Origin: Escherichia phage vB_EcoM_E9.1
Sequence record: PP886230
Length of the DNA: 64,000 nucleotides
Reading direction: 5' to 3' (one strand)
This document shows, piece after piece, positions 37,780 to 48,194 of the stretch (its first letter is position 1; each line of letters starts with the position of its first letter). A program made the translations under genes and the position numbers. A model generated the notes under the pieces. That model was not told where the DNA came from, made no database searches, and was given only the letters and a program-made list of their open reading frames with translations.

Positions 37780-38209
37780 AAAAGCAAAAGAACTACATAG
37801 ATACTTTAACGATATAAAGGCAGGAAAGTTCAAAGAAGTGTACAAAGCCGAGAACGGCAACTACTACAAGGATGAAATGTATAATAACTCCGTTGGTGTA
37901 AGGGTTATTCTTGGGTTGAATTCCAATAGTCCTATATCGTTTTCTGAATACAATAGAGATGCAGAATTTATTAGTTATGTTGAAAATGGTAGCATTCGTT
38001 TTATTAATCGCAAAAAACCATTAATTTTGAATTATGAAGTACTGGATGGTCAGTGGGATAGTGAAGAGTATTACTTCCAAAACAGTACTGTTTACGATGA
38101 TGAAGTACTTGAAGCATTAGTTATTATGTGGTACTTAAAGAGTGTTAACTGTCCTCGATTTTATTTGGATTTCGAAGAACTTCGTAAAGATCCAGAAGGT
38201 ATAGAATGA
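37757..38209 (+). CDS. family B paralogue (same subgroup)
   Basis: Motif EEYYFQNSTVYD. Confidence 0.7.
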   Translation: MSLQSALEKAKELHRYFNDIKAGKFKEVYKAENGNYYKDEMYNNSVGVRVILGLNSNSPISFSEYNRDAEFISYVENGSIRFINRKKPLILNYEVLDGQWDSEEYYFQNSTVYDDEVLEALVIMWYLKSVNCPRFYLDFEELRKDPEGIE

Positions 38210-38520
38210 AAAACTTATTCAGTGTTCAGTACGTCCCTGGTGAAATTAGTTTATTGTATCTGTTTGATCATGATAATTCATTATTACTAGTAGTAAAGAA
38301 ATGCCAAGCTAGTTCATTTGTTGAATACATTCACGATAGTGAATATATACCTGATTTTTTAGAGTGTGATTATTACGATGAACATGAATCATTTATTTTC
38401 CAGGAATCGCTCGTGTGGGATAAATCGATCAACTTCTTTACGTTAATTGAATTACAAAAGCAGGTGAAGTATCATTGGGATTACTTAATCACACAGGATT
38501 ACATTGAGATAGAAATATAA
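38206..38520 (+). CDS. family B paralogue
   Basis: Motif ESFIFQESLVWD; ATGA overlap. Confidence 0.65.
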   Translation: MKNLFSVQYVPGEISLLYLFDHDNSLLLVVKKCQASSFVEYIHDSEYIPDFLECDYYDEHESFIFQESLVWDKSINFFTLIELQKQVKYHWDYLITQDYIEIEI

Positions 38521-38828
38521 TGACTAAAAATGAATTTGATTCACTTTGTACGGTTTATAATTCATTGACAGAAATACCTGACTTTATTAATTACATTTCA
38601 GCTTTAAATCAAATTATGCATAGTTTTGAACAATCGTTTGAAGAGAAATATGCTGGTAGAAAAGTTCTATGTCATATGTCAATGTACTTAGGAGATGGTG
38701 AGCCTTACACTACAAGTACTACATGTGAAATAAAAAAATATAATATATTATTGGGGACAATAGAATTCACAGTATCCAATGGTGGTAGTTATATGTACTT
38801 TAGAGATGGAGTGGTTGAATTATTATGA
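38520..38828 (+). CDS. hypothetical protein
   Basis: ORF 102 aa without family motif. Confidence 0.55.
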   Translation: MTKNEFDSLCTVYNSLTEIPDFINYISALNQIMHSFEQSFEEKYAGRKVLCHMSMYLGDGEPYTTSTTCEIKKYNILLGTIEFTVSNGGSYMYFRDGVVELL

Positions 38829-39274
38829 GTTACGAAAGTGCAATCAAGAAAGCAAATGATATTTTACGCGTCGTTAAATTCTTCAAAGAAAATCCTGAAT
38901 ACTTAGCTGATGAAAACCATGATCACGATGAGAGATTGAGACGAAAAATTGTCGCTTTATTTGACACTAATGCGGATAATTATAGTCTAATTGAGTTAGC
39001 ATACGACTATATTTCATTGAACCGAAACGGCAATATGGTTAATATAGAAAGACATGCGACTGAAGAATCTTTTAAAATTTCAGATATTTTATCCCTGAGT
39101 ACTGAAGAAGGGTACTTCCAGGGTAGTACTGTTTATGAACAAGGAACACTTGACAATCTATGCACATTCAGTGTAATATATCAGAAATCTGTACTGGATG
39201 TATTTTATCTTGACACTGCTGAACTGGATACACTAACCAATTTTGTTACTACTGAAGAGGCTACATTCGAGTGA
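38825..39274 (+). CDS. family B paralogue
   Basis: Motif EEGYFQGSTVY; ATGA overlap. Confidence 0.65.
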   Translation: MSYESAIKKANDILRVVKFFKENPEYLADENHDHDERLRRKIVALFDTNADNYSLIELAYDYISLNRNGNMVNIERHATEESFKISDILSLSTEEGYFQGSTVYEQGTLDNLCTFSVIYQKSVLDVFYLDTAELDTLTNFVTTEEATFE

Positions 39275-39807
39275 TGAAAGTTAACATCAATGACTTTGAT
39301 GCATTACAAGATTTATCAAAAAAGATTCGCACCATTGTACCAGTACTCAAAAAATGCAGTACTGGTTTAATCGATCCTAGTACTGTTGTTAATGAGAAGT
39401 ACAATTTTCATTATGTATTACAGGGTACTGGGGCATTCCAGAAGTGTGAGGTGCGTGAGACACACGTAATTGATACATCATTGTTTTCTATTGGTGCACC
39501 TGTGTCGAATAATACTATTTTCCTAGACAACGCTGGAAATATTCAACAATTAACATTTAAGAAAAGGAAAAAGAACAATAACATTGGTGTGTATGCGATG
39601 AAGTGGGGTCAACCTGATTTGAAGCGTGAAATTCACATCCCTAAGTACAATTACAATTCATTTGACGAACAGTGTTTTCAACTATCGTGTACTGACCCTG
39701 ACTATGCTATTATTCAGTTCTATATGGAATTGCAGATTGCATTTAACAGTAATTTGTATATTAACTTATTGGCGATGAACATCGATGAAGTATTCAAAAA
39801 CATTTAA
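39271..39807 (+). CDS. family B paralogue (divergent)
   Basis: Motif DEQCFQLSCTD. Confidence 0.6.
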   Translation: MMKVNINDFDALQDLSKKIRTIVPVLKKCSTGLIDPSTVVNEKYNFHYVLQGTGAFQKCEVRETHVIDTSLFSIGAPVSNNTIFLDNAGNIQQLTFKKRKKNNNIGVYAMKWGQPDLKREIHIPKYNYNSFDEQCFQLSCTDPDYAIIQFYMELQIAFNSNLYINLLAMNIDEVFKNI

Positions 39808-40003
39808 TCGAATTGAATACATGAGAACTGTGAGTGCAGTGTGGGACATATGGTTCACTACTAAACCAAAAATGGATTACCATGACTTTAAGCTCTTGTT
39901 CTTCGTTGGCTCTAACAAACAGGATGTTGCAATGAAGGGTTATATTCAGCACTTACAGGAACTAATCCAGAAGAGAATATATGAAAATAATAGACCAAAA
40001 TGA
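39785..40003 (+). CDS. family A paralogue (satellite copy)
   Basis: Motif FVGSNKQDVAM. Confidence 0.55.
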   Translation: MKYSKTFNRIEYMRTVSAVWDIWFTTKPKMDYHDFKLLFFVGSNKQDVAMKGYIQHLQELIQKRIYENNRPK

Positions 40004-40172
40004 CATTGCTAAACTATTCAATATATATTCTACTAGAATGATGCAAACCGACTCATATAGTACTGAATTCAAAGAGTTGAAAGTCCTGATGTACTTGGGA
40101 ACCCAATATCAGGAACAAGTTATTTTGGAATATATTAATTCGCTGAAGAAGGATATCCGTTATGTACGATGA
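39981..40172 (+). CDS. family A paralogue (satellite copy)
   Basis: Motif YLGTQYQEQVI. Confidence 0.6.
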   Translation: MKIIDQNDIAKLFNIYSTRMMQTDSYSTEFKELKVLMYLGTQYQEQVILEYINSLKKDIRYVR

Positions 40173-40722
40173 TTTAGATCTTGCGTTTGAACGTATGGTA
40201 ATTTTAATGCAATGTGCAGAAATGCATGAAACAATCCGTCGCACCAAAGGGATTGAATATACAAGTAAACTATTCTCATACGAAAGTCGTCGAGGGATGG
40301 ATCATTTTTACTGCACTGATTGTTCAAAGTTTTCAGTACTGAAATATTATCATCCTACTGTTTCCAATAATAGTTTAATATCCACATATGACGGTGATCT
40401 GTTTAGTGTAATGTATGACACATTACATCCATCAATTTCAATCTATAAAGATTGCGATAGTAGTTTATCGTATATAATTGAAGATTACTTATCTCCTAAT
40501 ACTGAAGAGAATATTTTTCAGAACAGTGTGTTGCATGATGAATTAAGTATAAAATGCATCTATATGTTCAATAAGTTAAAAGAGTACGCCGATAATAATT
40601 ACTTAATTGATAAGTTAGCAGTATTGTCTGTTTCCGTTTTTAATACAAATGACATTGATATGAAATACTATAATGAGATTTGTAAAGTACATCATATGTA
40701 TAAGGAACTATTATGTCAATAA
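40162..40722 (+). CDS. family B paralogue
   Basis: Motif EENIFQNSVLHD. Confidence 0.65.
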   Translation: MYDDLDLAFERMVILMQCAEMHETIRRTKGIEYTSKLFSYESRRGMDHFYCTDCSKFSVLKYYHPTVSNNSLISTYDGDLFSVMYDTLHPSISIYKDCDSSLSYIIEDYLSPNTEENIFQNSVLHDELSIKCIYMFNKLKEYADNNYLIDKLAVLSVSVFNTNDIDMKYYNEICKVHHMYKELLCQ

Positions 40723-40723
40723 A

Positions 40724-40764
40724 TGCAAATAAATGTTGTAGTGCAGATGTGCATTTGTTTTTTA
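40724..40764 (+). terminator. probable rho-independent terminator
   Basis: Hairpin caaatgc..gcatttg then TTTTTT. Confidence 0.5.
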
Positions 40765-40792
40765 AGAAATTAGCAAATGATATTATATATAT

Positions 40793-41317
40793 ATGCAGGA
40801 AATGATTTATCACAAACGAGCGGATTTAGAAAAAGCATTAGTACAGTTCTCATTTATGCTTGATGGTGATATATTTCTAGAGAGTGATGCATTGCGAATA
40901 GTATTAGACAAAAATGCTAAAAGATTTTTATTTCATATAGATAATAAATTATGTTCCTCCGTATGTCGTACTTTTTATAATCGTGATTCGGACTTATATC
41001 AATTCCTTTATTCTAAAGGTGCAGTAGAAGCATCATATGGTGATGGTTATGCCCTAGGAAAGAGTATTCCATTTATGAAATCATTTAAAATAGAACACAT
41101 CAGTACTGATGAAGATGCAATGTTCACAAATGATATAACTATGGGACGTGAAGATGCAATGCGATATATTACAAATTCTATGCATACATTCTTTCAACGA
41201 ACAGAATTTGATAATGTATATATATCAAATGTAAATATTTTCAATGACCTGTGTCAGTACTTGAAAAGTGTTTGTGATTTTGATGAAAGCTATTGTAAGC
41301 TTTATACTGAGGTATAA
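40793..41317 (+). CDS. hypothetical protein (possibly degenerate family B)
   Basis: ORF 174 aa; weak motif DEDAMFTNDITMG. Confidence 0.55.
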   Translation: MQEMIYHKRADLEKALVQFSFMLDGDIFLESDALRIVLDKNAKRFLFHIDNKLCSSVCRTFYNRDSDLYQFLYSKGAVEASYGDGYALGKSIPFMKSFKIEHISTDEDAMFTNDITMGREDAMRYITNSMHTFFQRTEFDNVYISNVNIFNDLCQYLKSVCDFDESYCKLYTEV

Positions 41318-41322
41318 AACAA

Positions 41323-41685
41323 ATGAACACATTAAGTATTACATACTATACAACTAAAAAATTAGTTACTTGTTTAATATCATTGAAGACAAACCATGAT
41401 GATATGTTTGATATGGCGGCATATGAATTAGAATTATCAGAAGATGGCTTCAAGAGCTATGAAGTATATAGCTATGTTCGTGAAGATGTAATTGACACTA
41501 CACTAATGCAAGAGGATGAGTTATTCCAAGAAAGTTTAGTATGGGATAATAAGTACGATTGTAACTTTGATTTCTTATGTTTAATCCAGAAAGAAATGAA
41601 AAGAATCTTTGATAATTATCCAGTGAAGAGATTGAGTACTGGACCGGAGCAGTACAGGAGAATTTTATTCCGTTATGAAGACTGA
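41323..41685 (+). CDS. family B paralogue
   Basis: Motif EDELFQESLVWD. Confidence 0.65.
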   Translation: MNTLSITYYTTKKLVTCLISLKTNHDDMFDMAAYELELSEDGFKSYEVYSYVREDVIDTTLMQEDELFQESLVWDNKYDCNFDFLCLIQKEMKRIFDNYPVKRLSTGPEQYRRILFRYED

Positions 41686-42010
41686 ATTAGTGAAAGTAAT
41701 GTACGCTACTCATATTAAACTACTACTTGTGAAATTTGATTATAATAAAAAACATAATGATTTCTATACTTTAATTCGTGATGAAAATACATTCTCCTTG
41801 CGATGCAACAATATACCGTTGAAGATAAATGATTTTACTTCACTTGACGAGGGTGAATTATTTCAAGAATCATTAGTTTTTAATAGTAATATAAAAATTG
41901 ATATAGAAGTTATTAAAAAATACCAGATTTTATTGAACAAAATTATGAATTGTTATCCATGTGAAATAGGAGGTCATATGCAGTTCAAATCAAAAATGTA
42001 TGAATTATGA
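41675..42010 (+). CDS. family B paralogue
   Basis: Motif EGELFQESLVF. Confidence 0.65.
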   Translation: MKTELVKVMYATHIKLLLVKFDYNKKHNDFYTLIRDENTFSLRCNNIPLKINDFTSLDEGELFQESLVFNSNIKIDIEVIKKYQILLNKIMNCYPCEIGGHMQFKSKMYEL

Positions 42011-42554
42011 GGTTTATATGTTAGATGAAAAAATGAACAATGGAACACAATATAATCATCTTAAGTTGGATACATTCGAATCAGCTATCAGTACTGCACA
42101 AGATATAATTGATATTATCAAGTTCATTAAAGAAAATAAGTTCAAATGTTTGAAAATACTAAATCGTTCAATGTACCGTGATAAAAATATTCATGTATCA
42201 GTACGTAGACCGAAAGATCAAGAAAGTGGGAGAGATTTCTATAACAACAGTGAGCAGTTCGAATGTGAATATGATCCAGAATTCAGAGGCGGTTTCATGT
42301 GTTACAGTATAAAGGATACCTCACACATTGAGATACGTTCATCGAAAGGTGGCATACGTACATTAGAGTTCATTGATATAGTTTTAAATCAGGAATACTA
42401 CTTTCAACTATCATTATTGTTTCCTGCATACGATTTAGGAGTTCTATTCATGTATAAGTACTTTCATGAGCACTGGAATGAAGACTTCTATCTGGACTTA
42501 GAAGATTACCAATTAGTTTGGAAAGAAATGGTAGAACTTCGCAATCCCTCTTGA
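42000..42554 (+). CDS. family B paralogue
   Basis: Motif QEYYFQLSLLF. Confidence 0.65.
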   Translation: MNYEVYMLDEKMNNGTQYNHLKLDTFESAISTAQDIIDIIKFIKENKFKCLKILNRSMYRDKNIHVSVRRPKDQESGRDFYNNSEQFECEYDPEFRGGFMCYSIKDTSHIEIRSSKGGIRTLEFIDIVLNQEYYFQLSLLFPAYDLGVLFMYKYFHEHWNEDFYLDLEDYQLVWKEMVELRNPS

Positions 42555-42580
42555 CACCCACCGATTCTTTGTGATATAAT
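42551..42580 (+). promoter_or_regulatory. sigma70-type promoter inside the array (TTGACA-N18-TATAAT)
   Basis: Consensus hexamers; leader hairpin ccctttat..taaaggg. Confidence 0.55.
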
Positions 42581-42613
42581 CCCTTTATATTAATTGTAAA
42601 GGGTTATAACACA

Positions 42614-43090
42614 ATGTCCAAAGACCTATCATTTAGCAATGCACAAAAAATAGCAAAAGACATTATCAGGGTTTATAAATTCCTTGCGAATGTTACTGAA
42701 GATTTTTCCGTGGGGGAACATAAAGTTATTAAACGAAATGGATACCTTTCATTTATGGATGGGTTACTCTATAGTTCAGATGAATCAACTTGTAGCATTA
42801 GAGTACTTGATGAAGTACCAAGTGGTGATTTTATTTCATACCATTTTCCAAGTTCAGATAATTTCAAATACTACAATCATCTTCTTATAAATGAAGCATT
42901 TAATACGATTGTAATTAACACTGAAGAAGAGTTCTTCCAGTACAGTACTGTGTATCCAGAGAGGATTGTTTTCAGTTCAGTGATTTACACTGCCCTTAAA
43001 AATGAACTAAATTCCGATAGTGATCATTTCTACTTGGACCTGAACAATGTCGATTGTATTATTGAGTACATGGAGAAAAATGGTTTATGA
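42614..43090 (+). CDS. family B paralogue
   Basis: Motif EEEFFQYSTVY. Confidence 0.65.
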   Translation: MSKDLSFSNAQKIAKDIIRVYKFLANVTEDFSVGEHKVIKRNGYLSFMDGLLYSSDESTCSIRVLDEVPSGDFISYHFPSSDNFKYYNHLLINEAFNTIVINTEEEFFQYSTVYPERIVFSSVIYTALKNELNSDSDHFYLDLNNVDCIIEYMEKNGL

Positions 43091-43581
43091 TTACTACAGA
43101 ATATGATTACTATGGTGTTTTAGAATTTACAGAAAATATCTATCGCATTGCAAAGGAGTTCAGAAGTCCTAAGCCTTTTGGTGGTATGTTTCAATACGAT
43201 GAGTTCAGTTCATCCAAAGGAAGACTTGCATTTACTAATGTTAGAGGTAATCAAATCTACGCGGAGTACTTTGATGATAATGACTTTCATTACAAAACCG
43301 AATACATTTCATATTGCCCTGGGTCTGATTTGAAGATTAATATTGATACCTTTAGAGATTCAGTGCTTGTCCCTTATAGTGAGTTAGTTTTCATGACAGA
43401 AGAAATGTACTTCCAAGGGTCTTGTATTCATGATGCAAAAGTACTTAATGCTATGTTATTTTATGGTGCACTACTTCATCATTACAAATACAAACAACGA
43501 TTCTTTTTAGATTTAGTAGTATACTATAAATGCGTGGATTATTTGAATGCAAAATACGACAACAATTCAGTACATGACTGA
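43087..43581 (+). CDS. family B paralogue
   Basis: Motif EEMYFQGSCIHD; ATGA overlap. Confidence 0.65.
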   Translation: MITTEYDYYGVLEFTENIYRIAKEFRSPKPFGGMFQYDEFSSSKGRLAFTNVRGNQIYAEYFDDNDFHYKTEYISYCPGSDLKINIDTFRDSVLVPYSELVFMTEEMYFQGSCIHDAKVLNAMLFYGALLHHYKYKQRFFLDLVVYYKCVDYLNAKYDNNSVHD

Positions 43582-43909
43582 TGGTTCTGAATACTTTGTT
43601 TCAAGATATGTAATCACACACAACCATTATGTAACCTATATTCCAGAGTACAATCAATTTTATATTCAGATTTATCAAAATAATGGAAAGATAAATGATA
43701 TATATTCAGAAATAAAAATCCCTGATTATAGTACTTTATCAGTAGAGGAATTGTTTCAGGAGAACACTATAAGTACTGAAGATGTGTACGAAATAATGGA
43801 ATACCAAAAGGTACTTAAACATTTTCATGAAACAAATGATATACAAATAGATATTGTTAAACCGTGGTGTTACAATACATATGAGGTAAATTATGTTAGA
43901 AATGATTAA
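43547..43909 (+). CDS. family B paralogue
   Basis: Motif VEELFQENTIS. Confidence 0.6.
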   Translation: MQNTTTIQYMTDGSEYFVSRYVITHNHYVTYIPEYNQFYIQIYQNNGKINDIYSEIKIPDYSTLSVEELFQENTISTEDVYEIMEYQKVLKHFHETNDIQIDIVKPWCYNTYEVNYVRND

Positions 43910-44306
43910 AATTATGCAACGCTGTATTGTTGACCAACACGGGGTATATGGATATCGTTTAAGTGCTCCTATTGACAAAAATAAAACAACCTATGTAAGC
44001 TATAATGCTGTACAAGGATTTGATATATTCATTAGTACTAATTATCAAATCAAACAAGCTAAAGATGTGTCTATAATGACCCCTGATGAGTTATTTCAGT
44101 ACAGCTTAGTCTTTCCTACATGTATCGATTTACAACGTCTAGGAGCGATACAGAAGGTTTTACGCGAACATAAAGTACAACCCAATAAAGTCACACACAT
44201 TCCAGAAACAATCTTCAAAACCATAGAAGTAGAAACTCCTGATTATATGTTAAGTGATGATGAGTTCTACGAGAAGCACTTCCCTGGTAAAGTTTGGAGA
44301 GACTAA
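43893..44306 (+). CDS. family B paralogue
   Basis: Motif PDELFQYSLVF. Confidence 0.65.
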   Translation: MLEMIKIMQRCIVDQHGVYGYRLSAPIDKNKTTYVSYNAVQGFDIFISTNYQIKQAKDVSIMTPDELFQYSLVFPTCIDLQRLGAIQKVLREHKVQPNKVTHIPETIFKTIEVETPDYMLSDDEFYEKHFPGKVWRD

Positions 44307-44797
44307 TGAACCGAAAGTACAGAGAAACTATGAAGTTCGCTAAGGAGTGTTTAGAAGTGTTTGAGTTCATCAATGCTCATAAAGATTTACTCCATAGATA
44401 CATTGCAATCAGTGAGACAGATGACCATAGGTACATATGTTCTCGAATTCAAGATAAGATATATAAGATTGTGTTCTCGGAAACATACACAGATACATCT
44501 AATTCACTATATGATTTTGCACGTACTGATTACGTTTCATACAAATCTTGGTCTGATAGTATTAAAATTGTGCACAAGCAAAATACATTTTATTCTTTTC
44601 TTACAGACATTTCCGAAGAAAGTTACTTTCAAAACAGTTTAATTTATACAGAAAAAGAACTCAAAATGTTATTCATAATGTCGTACTTTAAAAAGTACTG
44701 CAAATTTAATACATTATCTTTTGAGATTTCTGCAATGAAAGTATTCATTAAAAATGTAAAAGAATTAAAGAGGGCTTTTAATGTACATAGAAAATGA
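44294..44797 (+). CDS. family B paralogue
   Basis: Motif EESYFQNSLIY. Confidence 0.65.
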   Translation: MERLMNRKYRETMKFAKECLEVFEFINAHKDLLHRYIAISETDDHRYICSRIQDKIYKIVFSETYTDTSNSLYDFARTDYVSYKSWSDSIKIVHKQNTFYSFLTDISEESYFQNSLIYTEKELKMLFIMSYFKKYCKFNTLSFEISAMKVFIKNVKELKRAFNVHRK

Positions 44798-45323
44798 GAA
44801 TGTAAAATGCATTACTGACATTTGTATAAAATTAATGAAAATTTTCATTAACCCAAAATACAAGACTCGTTCTTTACGTCATAATATTGATGAGCATTGT
44901 ACCATTAATATACTAGGTAGTATTCTTGATGTAAAATATGATGGTAAAATGTTATTCGGTATAAGAGAAGAGAAGATAGATGATGCATTCTTTTCTTCTA
45001 AAGATAAATTTGAACCTTCTGATTATAAAGTGATTATTCGTGATGATAGCATCTATATTAGTAGTGATTATTCAAATTACTTCGATAAAATATACACTGA
45101 AAACGTTGACTACCATTATGAAATGATAGATTTACCAGTAACAGACATTGATATGGAGAGAATCAAATTTTCATTATCAGATAATGAGTACTTAGGTATA
45201 CAAACATATTATTCACTACAAGGAAAGATTCCACCTGCTATGTATATAAGGATTGAGATTGGTAATGTATTCAATGATAAGGTTATATCTATTGCTGATA
45301 AAATATTGAGGGTTGAATTATGA
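44781..45323 (+). CDS. hypothetical protein (possibly degenerate family B)
   Basis: ORF 180 aa, weak motif. Confidence 0.55.
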   Translation: MYIENENVKCITDICIKLMKIFINPKYKTRSLRHNIDEHCTINILGSILDVKYDGKMLFGIREEKIDDAFFSSKDKFEPSDYKVIIRDDSIYISSDYSNYFDKIYTENVDYHYEMIDLPVTDIDMERIKFSLSDNEYLGIQTYYSLQGKIPPAMYIRIEIGNVFNDKVISIADKILRVEL

Positions 45324-45883
45324 ATATCAATGATTACCAATTTCATAGGCTTGAATTTCGTCATTGTGTTGCATTTGCAAAAACATTGATGTGCATCATT
45401 GACACTCTTTCATCCAAACAATTTCGTAAGGATAATGATTTATTTCTGAAAAAAGGTCGTGTAACATCAACCGATATCGGTATTGAACTATTTGTTGATA
45501 TCAGTGTTGATACCGGAGACAGTACAAGGGTTGGTTGTATAGGTCATATTGGTACACATTGCTTCACATGGAATCCAAATACAAGTCAAGTACGAATTGA
45601 TTATAGAAATTCACGTTGGGTTGATCTTAGTACTGAATCAGATTTAGAATCAGCTATGTTCCAGCTAAGTTTAATTCACAATCCTAATGAACTTCTTTAC
45701 ATTATTACTTTCAGTTATCTGTTACAAAACTACGATAATCCATCAGGATTTTTCATAGAATCAGATATAGATGAAATTATGGAAGAGATTCCAAGTTTAA
45801 AGAATATTCTCGAAGAAAAAGATTTCTATGAAGACTTCAGAGATTTATACGACATGCACTTGGAGTTATTTAAAAATGGATAA
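45320..45883 (+). CDS. family B paralogue
   Basis: Motif ESAMFQLSLIH; ATGA overlap. Confidence 0.65.
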   Translation: MNINDYQFHRLEFRHCVAFAKTLMCIIDTLSSKQFRKDNDLFLKKGRVTSTDIGIELFVDISVDTGDSTRVGCIGHIGTHCFTWNPNTSQVRIDYRNSRWVDLSTESDLESAMFQLSLIHNPNELLYIITFSYLLQNYDNPSGFFIESDIDEIMEEIPSLKNILEEKDFYEDFRDLYDMHLELFKNG

Positions 45884-46394
45884 AGATGATATTCTAATTA
45901 GACTAATTAATAGTTTAATAAAGTTCTCAAATAATGATGTCGATACATACAAAGTGGGGGATATTGAATTTAAATCATTTGGTATGTACGGTGAGGATAA
46001 AACATATTATGCGTCAATGAAATTTCAAGATTTTCACGAGATGTTAATATCGTTATCATATGAAGATGTTGATCCAAGATGGAGTTCCAGTATTTCACTA
46101 TCGAGAATGGTAATTCGTAGTAAGCATCGTTATATTTCGTCAAAGAATACTCCTAACTTGATTAATATTGTGTTGAATGAAAATACAAATCCCCTATCTA
46201 AACATGATATCGTACCGTTAACCGATGAAGTTATTTTTCAATTGAGTACCATTTGTGATGAAGATGTGATATCATGTATGAAAATTTATGAGAAGGTTGG
46301 GAGTGATATTCCCATGAACTATTACCTAACTATAGATGGAACGTACCTTCGAGATGAGGTTCTAGCGTACATCGACAGTGTTTTACCAAAATAA
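45876..46394 (+). CDS. family B paralogue
   Basis: Motif DEVIFQLSTICD; ATG at 45876 overlapping upstream stop (track ORF from 45828). Confidence 0.6.
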   Translation: MDKDDILIRLINSLIKFSNNDVDTYKVGDIEFKSFGMYGEDKTYYASMKFQDFHEMLISLSYEDVDPRWSSSISLSRMVIRSKHRYISSKNTPNLINIVLNENTNPLSKHDIVPLTDEVIFQLSTICDEDVISCMKIYEKVGSDIPMNYYLTIDGTYLRDEVLAYIDSVLPK

Positions 46395-46416
46395 AGACCC
46401 GTATGGGTCTTTTTGT
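46395..46416 (+). terminator. rho-independent terminator
   Basis: Hairpin agacccgtatgggtct then TTTTTG. Confidence 0.65.
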
Positions 46417-46469
46417 GTTTATGGCTTTACAAGAGCATTCAGGTGTGTTATACTTGATTTTAACTAGAG

Positions 46470-47048
46470 TTGGAGGAATCTATGAGTACTGAATTAATTA
46501 AAGAAGTCACATTACTTCTGAAGCATTGTTTTAAGTTCATTCCTGATACTGGCTCACGCCAGTACATTAAAGTTAATGAGAAATATAACATCAATATCCT
46601 TGTATCTGAAACTGCGAGCAGTTATGCAAACATTGAGTTGGATTCTGAAGAAAAATATACAGTATTACAAATCATAGCAGATGTACAACGTAAACAAGAT
46701 TATCGTTCTTCATTTTACAACGATCATCTGTGTGTTTGCTCAAACTTCAGTGAGAATAAAATTGTGTATAAGAATTTATACACACATGAAGTGATTGATA
46801 CATATAATTATAAAATTTCATCTGATGAATACAATGTTCTAATGTTCAACGCAAACCTTTTGTATGATGCCAGTACTGTACGCTGTTTAGAGTTAGCATA
46901 TAAAATTCCAAAGATCATGGAAAGAAAAGATTTGATTCACTTTAAAACTATTTTAAAATACAGTACAAAAGAATTAGAGGATTTAGTACAGGCTCTTAAG
47001 AATTTCATTAATGAACATATACCTGTTAAATTCGAGGATGCACAATGA
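46470..47048 (+). CDS. hypothetical protein (possibly degenerate family B)
   Basis: ORF 192 aa; SD ggagga. Confidence 0.6.
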   Translation: MEESMSTELIKEVTLLLKHCFKFIPDTGSRQYIKVNEKYNINILVSETASSYANIELDSEEKYTVLQIIADVQRKQDYRSSFYNDHLCVCSNFSENKIVYKNLYTHEVIDTYNYKISSDEYNVLMFNANLLYDASTVRCLELAYKIPKIMERKDLIHFKTILKYSTKELEDLVQALKNFINEHIPVKFEDAQ

Positions 47049-47629
47049 ACCATATCAGAACTAAAATTTTGAGACTCATGCATGACATTGCAGAACTTTC
47101 AGAGATTCATGACATTACAGAAATTGTTGAATTTGATGATTATCGACTGAAAATTGAAAACAAATCCAAACATCGTTTTGGATCAGTTCAGTTGGATGTA
47201 TATAAAACTTATGAATTTTCTAAAAAAATTAAAAGTTCATGGGATACGATTACTATGTACATTCGCACATCCAGAAATCGTGAACGTATTGGTTCTATTT
47301 CTTCTAATATGGTATTTGCGAATGCATTACATGAAAAAATGAATAAAATTGTAGAATCTAATTTCAGTGAAGATGATGGATTTATTGGGTTGGATGTTCC
47401 ACCAGAATTAGACCAAAGTGAAGATATTCGAGATGCATTCATTTTCCAGAAATCCTTGTTGGACAATTACAAAGAATTCGAGTACTTAATGCTTTGTTAC
47501 GATACTGCAAAAATTCTTGATTGTGGTGAACTAGTTATGTACAATGATTTTATCAATTGCAAGACTGATGTTCTGAATACACTACTTCAAAATATAGAAT
47601 CTGTTAAGGAAAAATATGAACGCTTATAG
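47045..47629 (+). CDS. family B paralogue
   Basis: Motif DAFIFQKSLLD; ATGA overlap. Confidence 0.65.
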   Translation: MNHIRTKILRLMHDIAELSEIHDITEIVEFDDYRLKIENKSKHRFGSVQLDVYKTYEFSKKIKSSWDTITMYIRTSRNRERIGSISSNMVFANALHEKMNKIVESNFSEDDGFIGLDVPPELDQSEDIRDAFIFQKSLLDNYKEFEYLMLCYDTAKILDCGELVMYNDFINCKTDVLNTLLQNIESVKEKYERL

Positions 47630-48194
47630 TTATATGACAGAACGCCATCAGTTATTATATGATATCAGTAAAAAAATGCTATCAATTGTTGGTAGTGCGA
47701 AAGAAATTGAAAAACAATATCTCATCCGTGATGTATCAATTTCATCCAAATGTTGGTCAAATGAATATTACGACCACGGTATTCTTACTATTTCTGGGGC
47801 CAGAAATATTTGTATTGTAAAAAATAAAAGTAAAAGTAATGAAGAGTGTGAGATTAGAACCGATATACAAATTAAGGATGATGGAAGTTTTTCACACCAC
47901 CCATTCCATATTAGTACTGTTGGTGTTTTATATAATATTAAAGTACTATTCGGTGATGAAGAGTATGTGTTAAAATCTATCAATCCAGATTCAAGTACAG
48001 TTGAAGAAGAACTGTCCCAGATGAGCACTGTTATACCTGAAGAGGTTCTTAGTACTATTATTTTTTGTAGTTTAATTTATCATGAATACAAAAAGAACCA
48101 GTTCGATTTCCACATGTTAGGAACGTACATCTTCAATAATTTGAATGTAGATCGTTTAAAAGCATTAAATGCAGCAATGGATAAGGTTATATAA
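47616..48194 (+). CDS. family B paralogue (divergent)
   Basis: Motif EEELSQMSTVI. Confidence 0.6.
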   Translation: MNAYSYMTERHQLLYDISKKMLSIVGSAKEIEKQYLIRDVSISSKCWSNEYYDHGILTISGARNICIVKNKSKSNEECEIRTDIQIKDDGSFSHHPFHISTVGVLYNIKVLFGDEEYVLKSINPDSSTVEEELSQMSTVIPEEVLSTIIFCSLIYHEYKKNQFDFHMLGTYIFNNLNVDRLKALNAAMDKVI

